Positions 52,780 to 63,652 of a stretch of 64,000 nucleotides of DNA are shown in pieces. The notes below the pieces were generated by a model. That model was not told the DNA's origin, ran no database searches, and saw nothing but the letters and a program-made list of their open reading frames with translations. How positions within the stretch are numbered: the first letter of the stretch is position 1; every line of letters starts with the position of its first letter. The translations under genes were made by a program, and so were the position numbers. Origin of the DNA: Anaeromyxobacter sp. (GTDB lineage Bacteria; Myxococcota; Myxococcia; Myxococcales; Anaeromyxobacteraceae); NCBI GenBank assembly GCA_049840735.1, contig JASGJN010000002.1, positions 160,001 to 224,000 on the forward strand. The letters run 5' to 3'.

Positions 52780-54308
52780 ATGGAAAGCGCCGAAGTCACC
52801 CCCGAGCTGACCGACGCCGCGCCGCGCAGCGTGGTGGCGCGCAACGCCTTCCACCTGGTGCTGGGCCAGGCCGCCTCCACCGCGCTCGCCATCATGCTGA
52901 GCGCCATGCTGGGCCGGCAGCTCGGCGCGCACGGCTTCGGCCTGTACTACATCATCACGACCATCGGGACCTTCGCCTTCGTGTTCGTGGAGTGGGGCCA
53001 GCCGCTCTTCGTGATCCGCGCGGTCGCGACGGAGCCGGCGCGGGGCGGCGCGCTGCTCGGGTCCTCCCTCGCGCTCCGGGTCGCCTTCGCGGCCGCCGTC
53101 CTCGGCCCCTCCGCCCTCACCGCCTGGGCGCTCGGCTACGACGGCGAGACCATCGGCTACGCCCTGCTCTTCATCGGGGCCACGCTCCCCTTCTTCCTGG
53201 CGCAGGGCTTCGGGATGATCTTCCGGGCCCACGACCGGATGGGGGCGGACGCGGCGGTGTCGGTGATCAACAAGGTCCTGATCCTGGTCGTCGCCTGGCA
53301 GCTCATCGCGGGCGGCTGGGGCGTGCCCGGCCTGATCCTGGCCCTGGCCCTGGCCGGGTTCGTCGCCCTGGCGATGGCGGCCTGGGTCTACCACCGGATG
53401 CCGGCCCCGCGCCTCTCGTTCTCCCTGCAGGCCTGCCGGGAGATCGTGGTGGGCGGCGCCCCGATCATCGCGATGACCGCGGCGGTCTACGCGCAGCCCT
53501 ACCTCGACGCGGCCATCCTCTCGAAGCTGGTGCCGGCGACCGCCGTGGTGGGCTGGTACGGCGCGGCCCGGAACATCCTGGGGACGCTCATCGCGCCGGC
53601 CAACATCCTCGCCACGGCCAGCTACCCGAGGCTGTCCCGCGCCTCGGGCGACCCGGAGCAGTTCCGCACGGCGGCGCGCGAGGCGCTCCGGCCCATGCTC
53701 TTCCTGGGCGCGCTGGGCGGCGCCGGCACCTACCTGTTCGCCCACGTGGCCGTGCAGCTGGTCTACGGCCAGACCGGGTTCGAGCCGGCCGTCGACATCC
53801 TCCAGGTCTTCGCCCCGGGCCTCTTCCTGCTCTTCGTGGACATGCTGATGTCCACCGTGGTCTACGCCGCCGGCGGCGCGAAGGGGTTCGCGGTCGCCAA
53901 GATCCTGAGCGTGGCCGTGTCCACGGGGCTGGACCTGCTCCTGGTCCCGTTCTTCCAGGCCCGCTACGGGAACGGCGGGATCGGCGTGGTGGTGGCCTTC
54001 GCCCTGAGCGAGATCGTGGTCTTCGCCGGGGCGCTCCGCGTGATCCGCCGCGGCACCTTCGGGCGAGGGGCGCTGCTCGACGCCGGGCGGGCGCTGGCCG
54101 CCGCGGGCCTGACCGTCGCGCTGTTCGAGCTGGTCCCGACCGGCCCCTGGTTCGTGGGGATCCCGCTCTGCATGCTGGTGTTCACGTTGCTGGCCTTCGC
54201 GCTCGGCCTGGTGAAGCGGCACGATCTCGAGCTGCTGTTCGCCGTCGGCGGCTGGCGGCTGCCCTGGCGCAAGCCGGGGACAAGCCCGGGGCGCAGCCCT
54301 CTCCCTGA
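52780..54308 (+). CDS. wzx: Wzx flippase (probable 1-nt deletion near 54240)
   Basis: VARNAF, LG..GFGLY, many TMs, VGWYGAA; corrected frame ends GAQPSP*. Confidence 0.85.
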
Positions 54309-54465
54309 GCCGGGCGCTGGCGCGTCCCGCCCCCCGGGGGCGCGGCACGCCGGCACGTCCCGGGCTCGCGTGACGCCCGCGGCGCCCCCGACCGCTTATG
54401 TTCCGGGCCTCCCCGGGGCGGTGTGCGGAGGCGTGGTAGAGTCCGGGCCCGGGGGCGCTGCGCGA

Positions 54466-54648
54466 ATGAAGACGCTCTTGCTGATGTCGCTGCTGCTCCT
54501 CACGTTCATCGTGCCCCCGCTGGCGGCGCGGGACCCGAAGCCCGTCCGCGCGCTCCGGGCCATGCTGATCCTCTTCACCGCGTTCATCGCGCTCTACGCG
54601 ACGTACGTGACGTTCTTCCACACGCGATTCTTCGTTCCGCACAGGTGA
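54466..54648 (+). CDS. Small two-TM membrane protein
   Basis: MKTLLLMSLL...ARDPKPVRALR...; 6 nt before the co-polymerase gene. Confidence 0.65.
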   Translation: MKTLLLMSLLLLTFIVPPLAARDPKPVRALRAMLILFTAFIALYATYVTFFHTRFFVPHR

Positions 54649-54654
54649 GCAGCG

Positions 54655-56106
54655 ATGAACCCCATCCGTCACCGGACGCCGCACGTCTTCACCTCCGAGC
54701 CGCCGCGCGAGGATCAGCTCTTCGACTACGCCGCCATCGGCGACCACATCGGCTACGTGCTCCGCTCGGCCAAGCGCCACAAGCTCCTGTTCGCGGGCTG
54801 CGTGCTGGCGGTGGTGGCCGCGGCCGCCGCGCTCGCGATGGTCGTGCCCAAGCAGTACCAGATCACGGCCTCCCTGCTGGCCCGGCGGGCCCCGGTGATG
54901 GACGTCTTCTCCAACCCGGGCGTGAACCGCGACTGGGACGCGCCCGCCCGCGCCGCGGGCGAGGTGGTCATGCGGCGCAAGAACCTGGTCGCGCTCTGCG
55001 CCAAGACCAACTTCGTCGAGCGGCACCTCGCGTCGCGCTCGCCCATGGGGCTCGCGCGGGAGTGGGTCCGCAACAAGGTGGGCCGCCCCCTCACCGCCGA
55101 GGAGATCCTGGACGGGGTCGTCGACGGCATCGAGGAGAAGACCTGGGTCACCGTCGGCCAGGAGGGGACCGTCACCATCGGCTTCCAGTGGAGCAACCCG
55201 CAGCTGGCGTACGACTTCGTCCAGGCGGCGCTGGAGAGCTTCCTGCAGGCCCGCCACGAGGCGGAGGTGAGCAGCGTCCGCGAGACCATCGCCATCCTCG
55301 AGGCGCACGACGCCCGCGTGCAGAAGGAGGCGGTGGAGCTGGCGGTCCGGCTCGAGGAGAAGGAGCGGGCGCTGCGCCCGCGGGGCGGCGGGGTCCGCCG
55401 CGCCCTCCCCGACCCGGCCCCGGCGCCCGCCGCCGGCGCCGACGACGAGCTGCAGCGGCTCGAGGCCACGCTGGCGCTCAAGCAGCGGGCGCTGGTGGAC
55501 TTCGAGGAGTCGCAGCGCAGGCGCCTGGCCGACATGCACGGGCGGCTGGCCGAGCAGCTCAACGTCTACGCGCCGGAGCACCCCCTGATCGAGGAGACCC
55601 GGCGCACCATCGAGGCGCTGCAGGGCCCCAACCCGCAGCTCGCCGCGCTCCAGGCCGAGGTGAAGGCCCTCGAGGCCGAGGCCCGCCGGCGCGGCGTCAG
55701 CCGCCCGGCCGGCACCTCCGCGTCGCTGCTGCAGAGCCTGGCCCTGTCCGCCCCGCCCGACCTGTCGGCCACCGCGGACCCGCGGCTCGAGTACGATCGC
55801 AACCAGCTGGGCGCCCTGCTGCGGCAGCACGCCAACCTGCTCGATCGCATCGCCGCCGCCCGCGTCGAGATCGACACCGCCGAGGCGGCGTTCAAGTACC
55901 GCTACAGCGTGATCAGCCCGCCGCAGATGCCCAAGGGACCGGTCAAGAACCTCCCCGTGCTGCTGGTGGCCGCCGGCCTGGTGGGCGGCGTGCTGGTGGG
56001 CCTGTTCGCGACCACCCTGACCGACATCCGGCGCGGCCTGGTGATCGAGGCGTGGCAGATCGAGCGGACCATGGGCGTCACCGTCCTGACCAAGATCGAG
56101 CGGTGA
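54655..56106 (+). CDS. Polysaccharide co-polymerase (Wzc/Wzz-like, no kinase domain)
   Basis: Two TMs flanking coiled coil, YAPEHP, Pro-rich SPPQMP before TM2. Confidence 0.8.
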   Translation: MNPIRHRTPHVFTSEPPREDQLFDYAAIGDHIGYVLRSAKRHKLLFAGCVLAVVAAAAALAMVVPKQYQITASLLARRAPVMDVFSNPGVNRDWDAPARAAGEVVMRRKNLVALCAKTNFVERHLASRSPMGLAREWVRNKVGRPLTAEEILDGVVDGIEEKTWVTVGQEGTVTIGFQWSNPQLAYDFVQAALESFLQARHEAEVSSVRETIAILEAHDARVQKEAVELAVRLEEKERALRPRGGGVRRALPDPAPAPAAGADDELQRLEATLALKQRALVDFEESQRRRLADMHGRLAEQLNVYAPEHPLIEETRRTIEALQGPNPQLAALQAEVKALEAEARRRGVSRPAGTSASLLQSLALSAPPDLSATADPRLEYDRNQLGALLRQHANLLDRIAAARVEIDTAEAAFKYRYSVISPPQMPKGPVKNLPVLLVAAGLVGGVLVGLFATTLTDIRRGLVIEAWQIERTMGVTVLTKIER

Positions 56107-57633
56107 TCGCGGTGGGCGAGCGGGCCGGGCGCTTCGACGGGCTCACGGCCCTGGCGATCGGCGTCGTGCTGGCCGCCACCGTGGCGCTCCTCGCCGTCAC
56201 CGGCGGGAACCCCGGCGCGGCGGCGGCCCCCGTGCTGCTGATCGCCGGCGCGTACGCGCTGGCCACCTTCCCGGTGCGCTGGGCCACCACCGGCATGGTG
56301 TTCCTGATGCTGGCGCTGGACGTGGCCGGCGACGGCTACGGCATCTGGAACACGCCCTTCATCCTCCTCGGCGACGTGCTCACCGACGTCTCGGGGGCGA
56401 TCACCCACGTGAAGGTGGCCGGCTTCGAGGTGCTCACCTTCCTGCTGCTGGCGGTGGTGGTCTTCCGCCGATCGGTGGGCTCGGCGCGCGACGGCCTGAA
56501 CCCGGTCCCGGTGGCCACCGCCGCCCGGGACGCGCTGCTCCTCTACCTGCTGGGCTTCCTCTACGCCGAGGCCATCAGCGTGGCCAGCGGCCACGGCCTC
56601 GCCCCGTGGAAGGCGCGCTACCTCCTCCACGTCCCGCTCCTGTTCCTGCTCTTCCAGGCGGCGTACCGCGACCCGCGGGACTTCCGCGCGCTGGCCATGG
56701 CGGTGGTGGCGGCGGCGCAGATCAAGGGGCTCATCGCCTTCTACGTGCAGATCGTGGCCGTGCGGCTCACCGGCGGGAAGCTGGCGTACGCCACCAACCA
56801 CGGCGACTCGGTCCTGTTCGTGATGGCGCTGGTCATCCTGGCGGTGCGGGTCATGGAGCAGACCAGCCGCAGGGCCATGCTGGAGGCCGCCGCGCTGGCC
56901 GTGCTCCCCATGGTGGGCCTGATGGAGAACGGGCGGCGCATCGCCTGGGCCATGCTCGAGCTGGCGCTGATGCTCATCTACTTCGTCAGCCCCTGGAAGG
57001 CCTGGAAGCGCACGGTGACCCGGGCCATCCTGATCGGCGCGCCGGTGCTCCTGCTCTACGTGGCCGCCGGCTGGAACAGCGGCGGCGGCGGCCTGTTCGG
57101 CCCGGTGCACAAGATCCGGACCATGCTGGACGGCTCGGTGGACTCCTCGACGTTCTGGCGGGAGGTGGAGGCCTGGAACGTGGCCAACACCATGCGCGAC
57201 CGGCCCTACATCGGGACGGGGCTGGGCGGCGAGTACGTCGAGACCATGATGAACGACGACATCTCGGCCGGCTACAAGGAGTACCGGGAGTGGCCCCACA
57301 ACACCGTGCTCGGGCTGCTCCTCTACGCCGGGCTCCCCGGGTTCACGCTCACGTGGTTCGTCTACCCGGTGACCCTGTTCCTCGCGGTCCGAATCCTACC
57401 GGCACGGCCGGACCGCGGAGGAGCGCGCCGGAGCGCTGGTCTGCTGCGCCGGGGTCGTGGCCACCGCCTTCATGGCCTGGGGCGACACCGGCCTCCACTT
57501 CACGCAGGCCAAGATCTCGCTGGCGGCCTCGCTGGCGCTGGCGAGCAAGCTCGCGGTGAGCACCGGGGCCTGGCCCAACCGCCGGCCGGCGCCGACGGCC
57601 CCGCAGCCCGAGCAGGCGCTGCCGGCCGCCTGA
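56103..57633 (+). CDS. Wzy polymerase / O-antigen ligase family protein (1-nt insertion at 57391-57395)
   Basis: Multiple TMs, RRIAW, GTGLG, PHNTVLGLL..G..G. Confidence 0.85.
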
Positions 57634-57700
57634 GCGCGCGCGAGGGCCGGGCCGCGGACGGCGCCGGGCCGGGCGCCGGCCCCCGCCTCCGCCGCCGGGC

Positions 57701-58936
57701 TCAGGCCTGCGCGGCGCGCTCCGGCGCGGACTCGAAGTGCCGCTTGAGCCCCAGGAACCGCTTCTCGACCAGCTCGTAGCTGGCCCAGGCGACCGCCACC
57801 GAGACGGCGATGCCCAGCCCGCCCTGCAGCAGCACGGCCAGGAAGTGGTTCCCGACCCAGCCGGCCACCACGTGCTCGGTCCGGTGGCTCAGCAGGTAGT
57901 AGGACAGGAAGTGGTGGTAGACGTAGGCGCCGTAGCTGTACTTGCCCAGGAACGTCAGCGGCCTGCTGCAGAAGACCCGGTTCAAGGGTGAGCCGCCGGC
58001 GGAGAAGAGCGCCCACAGCAGCAGCACCGCCAGCACCACCGTGAGCGAGGCCGCCCGGATCGAGTAGCACAGGCTCAGCGCGGACTGGCTCACCACCACC
58101 CAGGCGTAGGTCACGGCCGTCAGCCCGACGGCGGCCACGCCCGCCTTCCCCAGGTGGCGGCGGATGGTCTCGGCGCCGCCGGGCTGGCGCACCAGGAGCG
58201 CGAGGAACCCGCCCAGCGCCAGGCCGTCGAGGCGGAACGGCGTGAAGACGTAGGTGGTCCACCAGGAGAGCCCGGCCAGGTTCCCGGCGGTCCGGGCCAC
58301 CATCGCCGCGACCGAGATGGCCAGGCTGGTCCACATGAGCCGGCGCGGGTTCTTCCCCATCACCCAGACCAGCGCGGGCCACAGGAAGTAGAAGTGCTCC
58401 TCCACGCACAGCGACCAGAAGTGATCGACGTAGGAGAGCAGCCAGTCGCCGTGGATTGCGATGTACACGTTGACGCCGTAGAGCCACGCCCAGCCCTGGC
58501 GCTCGCGCAGGTAGTCGAGCTGCGCCCCCTGGAACGCCGGGATGAGCGGCGCCACCAGGAACACGGCCACCAGCACCATGTAGTAGAGCGGGAAGATCCG
58601 CAGCAGGCGCCGCATGTAGAAGTTGCGGAAGTAGTGCGGCTTCTCGCGGGCGTCCTGCAGGATGCCGGTGATGAGGAACCCGGAGAGGACGAAGAAGAGC
58701 TCCACGCCGTAGGCGCCGAAGGCCAGCAGGTAGGCCACCTTCCGCTCCAGCCAGGTGGAGGCGTCCATCTGGCCGATGAAGTGGAAGACCAGCACCATCA
58801 GGACGGCCAGCCCGCGCACGCCGTCCAGCGCGGGCATGTGCCCGCGCGGCGCGTCCGTCGGCTCGCCGCGGGCTGCGCTCGGCGCCCGGCCTGCGGTGGA
58901 TGGGTCGGAGGGGGCGATGGCGGAGGCCGTCTTCAT
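57701..58936 (-). CDS. Acyltransferase-3 family O-acyltransferase
   Basis: LDGVRGLAV, FFVLSGFLI, RRLLRIFP, WSLCVEEHFY, SYGAYVYH. Confidence 0.93.
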   Translation of the reverse strand: MKTASAIAPSDPSTAGRAPSAARGEPTDAPRGHMPALDGVRGLAVLMVLVFHFIGQMDASTWLERKVAYLLAFGAYGVELFFVLSGFLITGILQDAREKPHYFRNFYMRRLLRIFPLYYMVLVAVFLVAPLIPAFQGAQLDYLRERQGWAWLYGVNVYIAIHGDWLLSYVDHFWSLCVEEHFYFLWPALVWVMGKNPRRLMWTSLAISVAAMVARTAGNLAGLSWWTTYVFTPFRLDGLALGGFLALLVRQPGGAETIRRHLGKAGVAAVGLTAVTYAWVVVSQSALSLCYSIRAASLTVVLAVLLLWALFSAGGSPLNRVFCSRPLTFLGKYSYGAYVYHHFLSYYLLSHRTEHVVAGWVGNHFLAVLLQGGLGIAVSVAVAWASYELVEKRFLGLKRHFESAPERAAQA

Positions 58937-59066
58937 GGGGACGGCCACTCTAGCCAACAGGCGAAACGCGGCACAAGCCGGCAGTCGGGCGCCGCGCGGG
59001 CTGTGGCCGCCCGCCCGTCACCTCACCGTGTGACGCGACCCCGCGGCGCGTCGGGGCCGCGCCCGC

Positions 59067-61050
59067 TCACTGCAGCAGGGTGTCGTAGCGCGCGCGGGCC
59101 GGGAGGGTCGCCGTCTTGGTCGTCCCCTCCGGCGTGACCCACGGCCAGGCGCTGGCGCCGAAGAAGGCCGGCTTCACCTGGTGGTAGGCCGAGGCCGGCA
59201 GGGTCATGGTGGTCGAGCCGTCCTGGTCCTGCTGGCTGCGGACGTACTCCCAGTTCGCGTGGCGCAGGATGGTGGACGCCACCAGGGGATCGGTGACGGA
59301 GGTGCGGTTCCCGGCGCTGTAGCCGAGCTGCCACACGTTCTTCTCGCCGTACGGCGCGGCGAGGTCCTCGAAGGTCCAGCCGGTCATCCCGGACCAGCCC
59401 AGCACGTTGCCCACGAAGTTGTAGTAGCGGTGGCCCTGCATGATCTTCACGACCGCCACGTCGGTGGTGTCGTTGAAGTCGCGGTTCAGGCCGCGCAGCG
59501 CGTTGCGGAAGAACGTGTTGTGCGTGGCGCCGCCCCAGGCGTCGTCCGAGCCGGCGTTGAAGGCCTCGTTGCCCTCGAAGAGCTCCATGTGCGCGCCGGC
59601 CATGTGGGCGGCGTTGATGCCCACCTCCTGCCAGCCCGGCACGTTGTCGATGTGGCCGTCGTCCATGTAGTTGTAGCCGATGACGTTGCCGCCGCCGGTG
59701 GCGCGCATGACCATCACCTTGTTGAACCGCATGACGATGTTGTTCTCGAACAGGTTGTCCGAGGCGCCGTAGTTCATGGACAGGCCGTAGCCGCCGCCGC
59801 CGGGGCGCGGCGTCGGCGTCTCGTGGATGTACGAGTCGCGGACCTCGCAGCGGAACGTGCCGTCGAAGTTGATGCTGGACCCGGCGCTCCAGTAGCTCTC
59901 CACGTTCTTCACCCACGAGTACTTGGCGTGCCAGAGGTGGATGTTGCCCTCGGAGTCGCCGCCCTCGCCGTTCGCGACGTAGACGTCCTCCAGGCCGTGG
60001 AAGCTGGTGGGCGCGTTCTGGTACTTCACCAGCTGCGCGGTGTACGCGGTGTAGAAGTCGTAGTGGAGCGGGGTGGAGAAGGTGACGGTGTTGCCGCTGA
60101 CCGAGGCCACCTCGAGGATTCTGGTTGGTGAACCGCCCCTGGCGGTTGAACCAGCCCTGGGCCTGCGGGTAGTCACCGCCGCCCGGCGACATGCGGGCCG
60201 AGAGCCAGATGCGCGAGTCGGGCAGCTGGTCGATCAGCACCAGCTCACCCACCGTGAAGCCGGGGTTGGAGGCCAGCGTCACCGAGGTGGCGCCCTTGAC
60301 GCCGTTCGAGGCCAGGTTGGTGGCGGTCCCGAACTTGTCCGAGGTCCACCGGTTGCCCAGCACCACCACGGCGTGGTTCGAGCCGGCGGGCTTCACCAGC
60401 CGCGCGGTGGGCCGGCCGTTCGCGTCCACCGCCCCGCGCAGCACCACATTGGACTTGCCCAGGACGACCCCGTTGCCGGTGATGGTGTACGTCCCGGCGT
60501 TGAGCTTCACCACCTGCCCTGCCGGGCAGGCCTGGATGGCGGCGTTGATGGCCGCGGTGTCGTCGCCCCCGCTGGGGGACAGCGTCGCGCAGAGGGTTGA
60601 GCGCGCGGGGATCCCGCCCTGGCTCATCAGCCCGGGGTTCCAGATGGTGCGGCGATCCGCGTCGATGATGCCGGACAGGTCGGTGCTCGAGGGGGTCACG
60701 ACCCGCGCCGTGGCGCTGGCCTGCAGCGACGCGTCCACGATGCTGGTGGCCACGATGTTGAAGCTGCCGGTGGTGGCGGGCGCCACGTAATGACCGTTCG
60801 CGTCGATCACGCCGCCGCCGGCCTCGATCACCGACCAGACCACCTCCGAGCTCGAGAGCCCGGTCACCTGGGCGCTGAAGTCGGTCGCCCCCCCGGGCAC
60901 CAGCTCGATCACGCGCGGGGCCACCACGATGGCAGGGGTCTGCGAGGAGCCACCGAGGCCGGGGACGATCGCCTCCTGGCAGGCGGCGAGCAGGAGCGCG
61001 GCGGCCAGCGTCCAGATCCGGGTGCGGTGGGCATTCGGGCGATCGACCAT
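59067..61050 (-). CDS. Lipoprotein, Ig-like domain plus putative pectin-lyase-like beta-helix (copy A; 1-nt insertion at 60117-60121)
   Basis: Lipobox LLLAAC, G.Y.AP Ig motif, DDTAAINAAI, NLFENNI/GNVIGYN repeats; frame fixed using copy B. Confidence 0.75.
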
Positions 61051-61559
61051 TCTTGACGGCCTCCTGTCGCGCGACTCGGTCGGGCGGCCCGACCCGTGTC
61101 ACGTGATTCCGGTACGACCGTCGAGAAATGCATGCTGCTGCGCCGTCCGTCAAGAACCCGGCCCGTCAGCGCTGGCGCATCTCGTCGCGCCCCTCCTTGT
61201 GGGCGGGGCGGCCTGGTGAGGCGCGTGAAACGCGGGCCGCGAGCGCATGTCACTGCGAGTGATGACGGCGCCGGGGCCGGTGCGCCTGGCCGGGCGGGAT
61301 CACTTCGTCGGGGCGCGCCGCCGCCTCCTCGTTAAGCATCGGGGGCTGGTGCCCGCGGCCTGGAACGAACCCGGGCCGGAGTCGTCCCAAGGAGCGTGAT
61401 CCGCGGTGCGAGAGGATGCGTGGAGCAGCGAGACGTTCGAAGATGTGCGCGGATTGGCGATTCTTCCCTCCGTTTACGTGCGCAGCGACAACTGACAGTA
61501 TGTCCACGGATCATGTGACGGTGCGGAACGGTACACCGTCCACAGGAGAGCGCCCGAAG

Positions 61560-63485
61560 ATGCCGAACACACTGTCCGCCGCCGCCGCCGCGTTGCTCGC
61601 CACCTCTCTCCTCTCCGCCGGCTGCGACAGCCGGAGCGCGCCGCCCGGCGCCGCCCCCAGCCGCGCCCCCGCCGCGAACGCCGCGGCCCCGACCGGCTCG
61701 GCGGCCGCGCCCAACCAGGTCCAGTGGACGGTCCAGGAGGGCGGCGGCGGGAGCGTGAACTCGAGCGGCCAGTACACGGCGCCTTCCACTGCAGGTGACT
61801 ACCACGTGGTGGCGGCGAGCGCCGTCAACCCGCTGGTGGCCGGCTCGGCGCTGGTCCACGTCACCGCCGGCTCCTCCTCGGAGATCATCCCGGCGGACCG
61901 GCGCACGACCTGGAACCCGGGCCTGATGAGCCAGGGCGGCCTGCCCATCCGCAACACCCTCTGCGCGACGCTCTCCCCGAGCGGCGGCGACGACACCGCC
62001 GCCATCAACGCGGCCATCCAGGCCTGCCCGGCCACCCAGGTGGTGAAGCTCAACGCCGGCACCTACCGCATCTCCGGGCAGGGCATCCTCCTCAACCGGT
62101 CCAACGTGGTGCTGCGCGGCGCGGTGGACGCGAACGGCCGGCCCACGGCCCGGCTGGTGAAGGTCACCGGCACCAACGCGGCGGTGGTGGTGCTGGGCAA
62201 CCGGTGGACCTCGGACAAGTTCGGGACCGCCACCAACCTGGCCTCGAACGGCGTCAAGGGCGCCACCTCGGTGACGCTGGCCTCCAACCCCGGCTTCACG
62301 GTGGGTGAGCTGGTGATGATCGACCAGCTGCCCGACTCGCGCATCTGGCTCTCGGCCCGCATGTCACCGGGCGGCGGCGACTACCCGCAGGCCCAGGGCT
62401 GGTTCAACCGCCAGGGGCGGTTCACCAACCAAATCCTCGAGGTGGCCTCGGTCAGCGGCAACACCGTCACCTTCTCCACCCCGCTCCACTACGACTTCTA
62501 TACGGCCTACACGGCGCAGCTGGTGAAGTACACCAACGCCCCCACCAGCTGGCACGGCCTGGAGGACGTCTACGTCGCGAACGGCGAGGGCGGCGACTCC
62601 GAGGGCAACATCCACCTCTGGCACGCCAAGTACTCGTGGGTGAAGAACGTGGAGAGCTACTGGAGCGGCGGCTCCAGCATCAACTTCGACGGCACGTTCC
62701 GCTGCGAGGTCCGCGACTCGTACATCCACGAGACGCCCACGCCGCGCCCCGGCGGCGGCGGCTACGGCCTGTCCATGAACTACGGCGCCTCGGACAACCT
62801 GTTCGAGAACAACATCGTCATGCGGTTCAACAAGGTGATGGTCATGCGCGCCACCGGCGGCGGCAACGTCATCGGCTACAACTACATGGACGACGGCTAC
62901 ATCGACAACGTGCCGGGCTGGCAGGAGGTGGGCATCAACGCCGCCCACATGGCCGGCGCGCACATGGAGCTGTTCGAGGGCAACATGGCCTTCGGCGCCG
63001 GCTCCGACGACGCCTGGGGCGGCGCCACGCACAACACGTTCTTCCGCAACGCGCTGCGCGGCCTGAACCGCGACTTCAACGACACCACCGACGTGGCGGT
63101 CGTGAAGATCATGCAGGGCCACCGCTACTACAACTTCGTGGGCAACGTGCTGGGCTGGTCCGGGATGACCGGCTGGACCTTCGAGGACCTCGCCGCGCCG
63201 TACGGGGAGCGGAACATCTGGGAGCTGGGCTACAGCGCCGGGAACCGCAGCTCCGTCACCGACGCCCTGGTCGGCTCCACCATCCTGCGCCACGGCAACT
63301 GGGACTACGTCCGCAACCAGCAGGACCAGTACGGCACCACCACCGCCGCGATGCCCAGCTCGCTCTACCTCTCCGGCCGCCCCGCCTTCTTCGGCACCAA
63401 CGCCTGGCCGTGGGTCACGCCGGAGGGGACGACCAAGGCGGGGACGCTGCCCGCCCGCGCGCGCTACGACAACCTGCTGCAGTGA
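61560..63485 (+). CDS. Lipoprotein, partial Ig-like domain plus putative beta-helix (copy B)
   Basis: AGGAG RBS, lipobox LSAGC, near-identical to copy A from WNPGL onward. Confidence 0.8.
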   Translation: MPNTLSAAAAALLATSLLSAGCDSRSAPPGAAPSRAPAANAAAPTGSAAAPNQVQWTVQEGGGGSVNSSGQYTAPSTAGDYHVVAASAVNPLVAGSALVHVTAGSSSEIIPADRRTTWNPGLMSQGGLPIRNTLCATLSPSGGDDTAAINAAIQACPATQVVKLNAGTYRISGQGILLNRSNVVLRGAVDANGRPTARLVKVTGTNAAVVVLGNRWTSDKFGTATNLASNGVKGATSVTLASNPGFTVGELVMIDQLPDSRIWLSARMSPGGGDYPQAQGWFNRQGRFTNQILEVASVSGNTVTFSTPLHYDFYTAYTAQLVKYTNAPTSWHGLEDVYVANGEGGDSEGNIHLWHAKYSWVKNVESYWSGGSSINFDGTFRCEVRDSYIHETPTPRPGGGGYGLSMNYGASDNLFENNIVMRFNKVMVMRATGGGNVIGYNYMDDGYIDNVPGWQEVGINAAHMAGAHMELFEGNMAFGAGSDDAWGGATHNTFFRNALRGLNRDFNDTTDVAVVKIMQGHRYYNFVGNVLGWSGMTGWTFEDLAAPYGERNIWELGYSAGNRSSVTDALVGSTILRHGNWDYVRNQQDQYGTTTAAMPSSLYLSGRPAFFGTNAWPWVTPEGTTKAGTLPARARYDNLLQ

Positions 63486-63652
63486 CGCTGCGGCGCGATC
63501 GCGCCCCCTGATCCTGGGAGGCCGCGAGCATTGCCGGCCGCTGCGCCCTCGACTACGTTGGGGCCCAACCCCCGACATCGAGGGCGCCGCGGTGGCGCCC
63601 GTGCGCGGCCCGTCCTCGGGCACGGGCAGTCCAGGGGTGTCGGAGGGGACGC

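Larger units (their letters stand above)
59067..63485. repeat. Large inverted repeat formed by the two paralogs (arms about 59067-60660 and 61890-63485)
   Basis: Long stretches are exact reverse complements, including third codon positions. Confidence 0.9.
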
